In this document: positions 1 to 5,488 of the stretch, piece by piece | Numbering within the stretch: position 1 is the stretch's first letter | How the letters are laid out: every line of letters begins with the position of its first letter | Assembly (NCBI GenBank): GCA_023515725.1 | Contig: JALDTO010000346.1 | Coordinates: 1 to 5,488, forward strand | Length of the DNA: 5,488 nt | Reading direction: 5' to 3' | DNA from: Amoeboaphelidium protococcarum X5 | Taxonomy: Eukaryota; Fungi; Aphelidiomycota | Notes under the pieces: model-generated | Databases searched by the model: none | What the model was told of the DNA's origin: nothing | The model's input: the letters and a program-made list of their open reading frames with translations, nothing else | Translations under genes and position numbers: made by a program

Positions 1-2
1 TT

Positions 3-468
3 GTCAGCGACATTCGTTTGATCGTGTTAGCGACAATTTTGTAGCGACATTTGGCTTAAGAGTAGTAAGGTACCCCGGAATTGGATGAATCGGCTCAGCA
101 CAAGAGGAAGGAATCGCCTCATTTCAATCATGCGACCAATCAGCTGATGTAAGCCGCGGAACACGACGGAATACCGTTTCACCGCCGATCGATGGTTCGA
201 CGATATTCTCGCCTGTTATGTTTCATACAGACGCCATGTTCCAGGCCCCGCCTGCATGTCGCCCCTTATTACATCCACATTTATACAGTATGTAGTGGCA
301 TAATGTATTTTGTTGCTAGAGCGTTTCACGACCAGGTATGATGAAGAGGACTTAGATTGGCTTGAAGTCTTTTCTGGTGACTTGCATGATTGTTCTCCAC
401 CACTAGGCACTGTCATGTTTAAATTTATTAGAGACTCGGCTATGTGGAATTACTCACATCTAACTTGA
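3..468 (+). CDS. Possible 3' end of a gene entering from the left (hypothetical), perhaps join(<3..148,231..468)
   Basis: The frame from base 3 reads VSDIRLIVLATILQRHLAQEQQGTPELDESAQHKRKESPHFNHATNQL with TAR in Q/E context. GTAAGC 149 to TTTCATACAG 230 is phase-compatible with a frame reading RHVPGPACMSPLITSTFIQYVVAQCILLLERFTTRYDEEDLDWLEVFSGDLHDCSPPLGTVMFKFIRDSAMWNYSHLT-TGA (466-468). The candidate intron is GC-rich and no homology was recognised, so support is weak. Confidence 0.3.
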
Positions 469-516
469 GGTCTTTAGGTGTTTAAAATTAGCCTCTATCT
501 GTAACCTCAAAAGCTA

Positions 517-524
517 TATATAAA
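517..524 (+). promoter_or_regulatory. Candidate TATA box of the CBM19-like gene
   Basis: TATATAAA about 70 nt upstream of ATG 593 in an AT-rich intergenic stretch. Confidence 0.4.
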
Positions 525-592
525 TCACGTCTTGATGTTTTTCTTATTGAATATTTCAGAGCAATTAGCTATCATAAAGACCTCAATATATC

Positions 593-1376
593 ATGAGATA
601 TCCTTACGTGCTTATATCAATTATATCAATTGCTGTTACTACCACCAACTCGCAGTTAACTGGCAAAGCTTGCAATGCAACAGCAATCAACAGCGCGTTC
701 ACTGCTGGTCTCACGTGCATCAGCTAGAAAGATATCGGCTACTGCGATAATAGTAAGTCTTTTCTTATTGTATATATCTAAATACACGTTTAAATTCTGT
801 GTAGATATCTGGTATAGTGTGAAATGCGCTAATAATTACAATTGTTTCAACACGACTGGGTTGATTCAGTGTAAGCCAGCGTAAGCAACAGTGGCGCCTC
901 ATACAATCACGTCTATAAGAGTTACCACCATTACTAGTTACAGCACGGTAAAGCAGTTGTGTACTTAAACCTCTAGATTATCGTCTCAATCAACCACTAG
1001 CACGAAAGTTTCATCAAGGATTGCGACTACCGTGTTTCAGACAGCCACTCAAAGAACATCAGCCACCGTGTATAGTAGAAGCAGCAGTACCAAGTCGCCA
1101 TTGGCCCGCTCAAGAACAACCACGTCGCCTAGTATGTCTCGGTCACCTTCAATCACACCGACAGTGTTGTCAACAACACCGACTGTCCCTATTGCTGGCG
1201 ATGGGAATGACGTGTTGGGTTAAATGGCAAAACTATTCACTGGTTAGCTGTACGTCGGTCACACGGAGAGCTTTTCAATTTTCGCCACTGGTGTAATGTT
1301 GTCATTGATTGCTGTCATGCGTTTAGCTTTCGTCATTCGCAACATTCATAAAATGTACAAAATAAACAGTATTTGA
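593..1376 (+). CDS. 243-aa cell-surface protein: signal peptide + CBM19-like chitin-binding domain + Ser/Thr-rich stalk + C-terminal transmembrane/anchor segment; join(593..752,805..1376); requires TAA/TAG = Gln
   Basis: ATG 593 gives MRYPYVLISIISIAVTTTNSQ (signal-peptide-like). Splicing out 753-804 gives CNATAINSAFTAGLTCISQKDIGYCDNNIWYSVKCANNYNCFNTTGLIQC, with core C-x8-C-x4-W-x4-C-x5-C-F, the spacing I recall for the CBM19 of yeast chitinase Cts1. A T/S-rich stalk follows (about 880-1190), then hydrophobic FSIFATGVMLSLIAVMRLAFVI (1272-1337), a short basic tail and TGA 1374-1376. Five in-frame TAA/TAG. It merges track ORFs 675-884 (part) and 1032-1223. Confidence 0.85.
753..804 (+). other. 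Spliceosomal intron, 52 nt, phase 1
   Basis: Consensus donor GTAAGT at 753, AT-rich body, acceptor ...TTCTGTGTAG ending at 804. Removal joins the signal-peptide frame to the downstream frame (A|AT = Asn) and restores the Cys/Trp spacing. Confidence 0.88.
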
Positions 1377-1714
1377 TCCTTATTATCATTGATAGTTTGA
1401 TTTTAACATTTAGAGTCATTTTCAGTGCATCTAGTGGTGTGATTGTTAAAATCGCATCGGAGCGGTAACCTTAGTCGACGATGCGACCATTAAACTTTTT
1501 TACATTCTGCACCGCAAAACGTCAAATCATTTCGTTTCGCCTCTCTCCGTCGTCCGTCCGTGTGAAAGAAGAAGAATCCGTTTCTAATCCAGTTGTTGCT
1601 TTATTGTTGATCGTCGAAAATCAAATCAATTCTCATAATAATACAGTTGGAAGAATACATTTTAATTGCTCCCTGGCAACACGCTCTGGTACCTCAAATT
1701 TACAATACAAATAC

Positions 1715-1729
1715 TGATTGATTGATTGA
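1715..1729 (+). repeat. (TGAT)3TGA tetranucleotide repeat upstream of the zinc-finger gene
   Basis: TGATTGATTGATTGA, with TGA at 1715, 1719, 1723 and 1727. Confidence 0.8.
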
Positions 1730-1759
1730 CTACTGTTTTCACATCATTTGAATATCAAC

Positions 1760-4231
1760 ATGGATACTTAATATCATCATCGTCAGCAGCACTTCTCTCC
1801 TATTGATTCTGATTAGAAGAATATCATCAGTAGTGTCTACTCTTAGCATCCTCAGTATAGTCCGTACAATAATAATCTATAGTTTATGAACGGTGCAGAT
1901 AGTTTTAATACTGGCCATTCCGTAAAGGGGGCCTCTGGTGGCATCGATGCTGGAAATATCCTATTTGGCTCGCAGAATACTAATCATTCGCATTATCAGT
2001 CGTCGTTCTCATCAAACTCGTCCGCTTCCGGTACTTCAAATGCTTTAGATAAGTCCAGAGTGAGTAAAATTTGGAATTCCCCATTCTCTATGCCATCATT
2101 AAACGTGTCGCTGTTCTCTCCTACCAGCTCTACTCCGACTCCCTAATAGCATTAGAGCTCATTATTGGAACCCGGTATTAATTACGGTGGCGGCCGTATG
2201 AATTATTATGACAATCTGACTAATACTTCGCGTATGCCTTCTGATCAAGCTTCTTATTCTAATGGCCCCTCCAAGATTGATTATAATACATCCACGCTTC
2301 TTGGTGGAGATTCCGCCAGTATGAATGGTAATGCAAACACCACTATCTAACCCGCTTGTAATAATATGGGACTATTTTCTGAATCAACGTCTTAGTTTGA
2401 GAGTACCGTTTTGTCGCATCAGAATTCGCATAGCAACGATATACTTGGTAAATTAAGAAAGCAAGAGTCTGATCTGAAGGCTCGTATCTAGTCGCGTCAA
2501 GAGTACATTAACAAGATGAAGAATGAACTGTGGAGTGACGAAATGGAGCTTGCAGAAATTACTAGAAGAATTGAGTTATTTAAGTCTTAGTCTTTGGGTT
2601 TTGGAGGAATTTCTACTGCTTAAATGCCTGAGTCCTTCTCACAATCGAAGGGATAACCTGTGCTATAAGAGCACCAGCAGACTTTATCCAGCAGTGGTGA
2701 TACTGTCAGTACTAGTAATGATATAAGTCAATTCGACGCTTTAGCTTAGGTGTTCAGCCCTCCTTCCAACAATCAATCTGGATTTGGTACTGCTGCGACA
2801 GTTGCATAGGATTAGAATCATGCAATGAAGGCCAATGATTTGAAGGTCAGTGCCTCTCCTCAAAAGTCAATGTCACAAACCAAGAATCCCTCCGCCGCTG
2901 CTTATAATTAGGACAATGTTTGCCGTAAGTGGAATCGCGGTATCTGTATGAAGGGCTCGCACTGCTCATATTTGCATCAGTGCTTGAGCTGTGGCGAGCA
3001 ACACATGAAGTCCAAGTGTCCTCGATTGAAGATTAGTTCATCAAATGGTAATTTGTCTAGACATATGACGACCCTGAGTGTTAAAGAAGATAACGCGGAA
3101 AGTGTCGATGTCTCTCATGATTTAGAGTCTTCCTAGGTGCATGGCATCAGTAATAAGCATCGACTATCCTCTAATGCCAGAACCATAGTCAAAGATGAGC
3201 CGTGTATTAAGTGGAACTACGCCGAGTGTCAATGGGGCGATCGATGTCATAGACACCATGTCTGTATCAAATGTAGTGGATCTCATCGCCTATTGCAGTG
3301 TCCATCTTAATCTGATGGCGATCGTAGAGGAGATACTCGTAACACTTCTGTCGTTAGTAGTGACGCGAAATGCAATATCGGCGGAAGATCAGAATCTAGA
3401 CAAGTGCAGCTCAGTACTTAGTCCTCTTCTCTTGATGCCGTACAAGGTGATGCTGATGAACCACAGGCTGCAGCCGTTAATACCTCACCGTTGTCAGATA
3501 ATACCACACCGGCATTGATTTAATCATCATCTCCTGTCCGATTCAATGGTAAAATATCTGAAGTTTGCTTTAATTTTAATGATAATCGTTGCAAAATGGG
3601 CAAAAAGTGTCATCGTCTCCATGTCTGCAGTGCTTGTAAAGCTGATGATCACGTCTCTTCTACATGTCCTAAGAAAAAGGTTCAGAGTAGTGTCAGCTAA
3701 AAGAGCGACGATGGAGAAAGTCGTATTGAGTAATTGCATAATCACTAAAATCTTAATTAGAATCGCTCATCGTTGAGATATAATGGCTTAAAGGTTAATA
3801 GAATCTCTGATGAAGTGTGCCTCAATTGGAATAATAATCGCTGCCCTCTGCCCATCAATAAGTGTAAGCGCGTACATGTTTGCAGCTTTTGCAAGTCTCC
3901 ATCTCACAATATATTAAAGTGTATGGATCCAACCTCAGTTGAGCACTATGTCGATGCCGGAGTTGAAATTTGTTACAATCACAATCATCTGCGATGTGAC
4001 TAGAGAAATTGCACCTTGCCAATGCTTGGTAGTGGAAATGGCAGTAGCAGTAGTAAGTCGGATGCTCAGTCAACATCACCACATCAGGCGGATGGGAAAT
4101 CATCAACAATCCTCATCGGACAGCACTGTAAAAGGTTGCACTGCTGTTCCAACTGTAAATCATTTGAGCACACGGCTAAAACTTGCCCTCAAGCCTCCCC
4201 TCCTCCACCTTCTGCATCTCAATCTCTATGA
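1760..4231 (+). CDS. 823-aa multi-zinc-finger protein (5x CCCH+CCHC modules, coiled coil, S/N/Q-rich linkers); putative RNA-binding protein; requires TAA/TAG = Gln
   Basis: Track ORFs 1886, 2165, 2948, 3773 and 4016 share one frame. From ATG 1760 (first ATG after in-frame TGAs at 1715 and 1727) to TGA 4229-4231 there is no TGA or frameshift, only 27 TAA/TAG by hand count (11 TAA, 16 TAG). It begins MDTQYHHRQQHFSP and ends CPQASPPPPSASQSL. Five repeats of C-x7-C-x5/6-C-x3-H-x-C-x2-C-x3/4-H-x4-C, the fifth with a long insertion. Confidence 0.93.
2435..2590 (+). other. Predicted coiled-coil segment within the zinc-finger protein
   Basis: NDILGKLRKQESDLKARI(Q=TAG)SRQEYINKMKNELWSDEMELAEITRRIELFKS(Q=TAG): charged, Pro-free, with heptad-spaced L/I/M (L-x6-L-x6-R-x6-M-x6-D-x6-I, plus the a/d partners). 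Judged by eye. Confidence 0.7.
2921..4186 (+). repeat. Five protein-level repeats of a CCCH finger fused to a CCHC knuckle (2921-3019, 3203-3301, 3566-3667, 3818-3922, 3971-4186)
   Basis: CRKWNRGICMKGSHCSYLHQCLSCGEQHMKSKC; CIKWNYAECQWGDRCHRHHVCIKCSGSHRLLQC; CFNFNDNRCKMGKKCHRLHVCSACKADDHVSSTC; CLNWNNNRCPLPINKCKRVHVCSFCKSPSHNILKC; CYNHNHLRC-(43 aa)-CKRLHCCSNCKSFEHTAKTC. All 8 ligands are present in each module. Confidence 0.92.
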
Positions 4232-4264
4232 CGAGCGTGACTTTTGAATAATTCTGAATTGCGA

Positions 4265-4270
4265 AATAAA
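4265..4270 (+). terminator. Candidate polyadenylation signal of the zinc-finger gene
   Basis: AATAAA starting 34 nt after the TGA, followed by TA-rich sequence. Chance occurrence in AT-rich DNA is possible. Confidence 0.35.
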
Positions 4271-4362
4271 TATATCCTTTCTATAATATAATGTTTCCTT
4301 GGTAAAATCAGCAGGCATAGTAACAAGTGCCAAATAAGGAAACTGATTTAATTGCTTCGCTA

Positions 4363-4401
4363 ATTGGCCAATCACATGAGATTAACGAAGCATTAGCCAA
4401 T
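4363..4401. promoter_or_regulatory. Candidate CCAAT boxes upstream of the third gene
   Basis: Palindrome ATTGGCCAAT at 4363-4372 (CCAAT on both strands, GGCCAATCAC context) and a further CCAAT at 4397-4401, about 100-135 nt before ATG 4499. Confidence 0.3.
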
Positions 4402-4498
4402 ACTGTTGCTTTATCACGCACCCATAAAAAAGCGTCACTTACTTGAGTTACTTTCTTCTTCTCAATTAATTTAAAGCGAAATTTTAATCAAATCTAAT

Positions 4499-5432
4499 AT
4501 GTTAATCTTTAACGGGATCATTGGTGTGCAAACCGTTTCTTGGGCCAAGCCTCAAAAACAATCTTAGTACAAGGTATCCTATCCAAGCACGTGTCAATCA
4601 CTTATTGTGGCAATAGAAAAGCCATACACTGAAGTGGTTGTCTCAGTTTGGCCTAAGAGTGACGCTGATCCTCTAACTAATCACGACGTCTATGAACCAG
4701 GGGCGAAAGGTCTCTATAATCTTTCGGCCTTGATATCACTGTGCATCTTTTTAAGTTGATAATTACATTTAGAACAATAACATTCGCAAAGAAGAAATTC
4801 AAGCATGAACCAGTGAATATTCATTCACGATCTGTGGGTTGTAAATTGCTCATAATATTGTATATGGCGACGTAATTGAACGATCTATACTATTGATGAT
4901 AATTAGTTTCATTGATTGTCGTCCATACTTAACTGATCACAACTCTTCCAATACTTCTACCAGGAGCATAGAAAGAGCAAATAGGCAGACTACCTTCCTC
5001 AAGTTGGAGGGACAGTTAAAGACCTGTTATTCGATGAAAGATTTTACGAATGAACGTCTTACGAATATGGTTTCCTTTGATTCTATGGATGAATTGATTA
5101 CTGTACCTTTGACACTATCACCAATTAACACGCAATTAATTTTAAGTTTATAACCAATCAGCATCAGCATGCTTTAAATATCTTCAAACAATGTTGCGCT
5201 ATTGTAGTCTTATTTCTTAACTCATAATATCAATATGAGCCTTCTTGCGCAATTATCGTCGACGATCCAGTTTCAACCGGATGATTTAAAATTATTGGCC
5301 AGATCATCGTTGATACGATGCGTCCAACACTCTTCAATTGAGTCAGGCCTCTATTCACTCCTGTGTAAGAAATAATCAACTCGAAGAAGACCATGGGTGT
5401 AAAGGGAGTTCATCGTCAATTAAGAAGGCTGA
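4499..5432 (+). CDS. Probable spliced gene, hypothetical protein; start (ATG 4376 or 4499) and intron boundaries within about 4710-4906 unresolved
   Basis: With TAR=Gln one frame is open from ATG 4376/4499 to TGA 4757-4759 (MLIFNGIIGVQTVSWAKPQKQSQYKVSYPSTCQSLIVAIEKPYTEVVVSVWPKSDADPL...). Track ORF 4893-5153 extends through six TAA/TAG to TGA 5430-5432 (...LQPISISMLQISSNNVALLQSYFLTHNINMSLLAQLSSTIQFQPDDLKLLARSSLIRCVQHSSIESGLYSLLCKKQSTRRRPWVQREFIVNQEG). AT-rich acceptor-like sites end at 4772 (CATTTAG) and 4906 (TAATTAG). No family recognised. Confidence 0.5.
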
Positions 5433-5488
5433 ACCTCTTTAGCAATCAAAGAGCAGTTGATATATAAAGAGTGTGTTAAATGGCCACC

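Noticed and set aside
1-416. Minus-strand ORF from 416, which under table 6 stays open to the window edge
   Set aside because: It is codon-aligned antisense to an open + frame, has no recognisable features and looks less protein-like. Not fully excluded.
612-631. TTATATCAA tandem duplication
   Set aside because: A 9-nt in-frame duplication within the signal peptide (ISIISI), with no separate function evident.
532-1296. Track ORFs 532-750, 1021-1296 and the N-terminal part of 675-884
   Set aside because: Alternative frames of the CBM19-like gene. The apparent hydrophobic stretch in 675-884 is translated intron.
1481-1717. Independent 78-aa gene
   Set aside because: No recognisable features, and the sequence looks like promoter or 5' leader (pyrimidine tracts, short repeats). 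Kept only as a possible uORF.
1760-4231. Pseudogene or RIP-mutated repeat (CAA/CAG to TAA/TAG by C-to-T)
   Set aside because: Decay would also give TGA and frameshifts. RIP at CpA/TpG would convert His (CAY), Cys (TGY) and Trp codons, yet all 40 ligands and the Trp codons are intact. Neighbouring genes show the same TAR pattern.
1760-4231. Stop correction by A-to-I editing (TAG to Trp), pyrrolysine, or TAG-only recoding as in some phages
   Set aside because: Both TAA and TAG occur in frame, in polar low-complexity linkers where 27 Trp or Pyl residues are implausible. The spliceosomal intron indicates a eukaryotic nuclear gene context.
2523-4247. Track ORFs 2523-2726, 3195-3518, 3546-3776, 3939-4247 (+) and 3527-3745, 3855-4109 (-)
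   Set aside because: Off-frame or antisense shadows of the zinc-finger gene with no recognisable motifs.
5461-5488. TATATAAA followed by ATGGCCACC at 5480 as the start of a next gene
   Set aside because: Only three codons are visible and the TATA-like motif is too close to the ATG to support a call.
1-5488. Complete retrotransposon, CRISPR array, tRNA or rRNA gene
   Set aside because: No RT, RNase H, integrase or recombinase motifs, terminal repeats, repeat-spacer arrays or RNA-gene signatures were visible by eye.

Overview
Gene-dense eukaryotic nuclear DNA that appears to use a variant genetic code in which TAA/TAG are sense codons (most likely Gln, translation table 6) and TGA is the only stop. 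The supplied standard-code ORF track is therefore fragmented and misleading. Re-read by hand, the + strand carries: (1) a two-exon gene at 593-1376 (52-nt GT-AG intron, 243 aa) with signal peptide, CBM19-like chitin-binding domain, Ser/Thr-rich stalk and C-terminal hydrophobic anchor; (2) an intronless 823-aa gene at 1760-4231 with a low-complexity N-terminus, a coiled coil and five tandem CCCH+CCHC double zinc-finger modules, containing 27 in-frame TAA/TAG and no internal TGA; (3) a probable spliced gene of unknown function at about 4376/4499-5432; (4) a weakly supported gene end at 1-468. TAR=Gln together with a fungal-type CBM19 domain and short spliceosomal introns suggests an aphelid such as Amoeboaphelidium protococcarum. 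This is an inference, not verified by any search.
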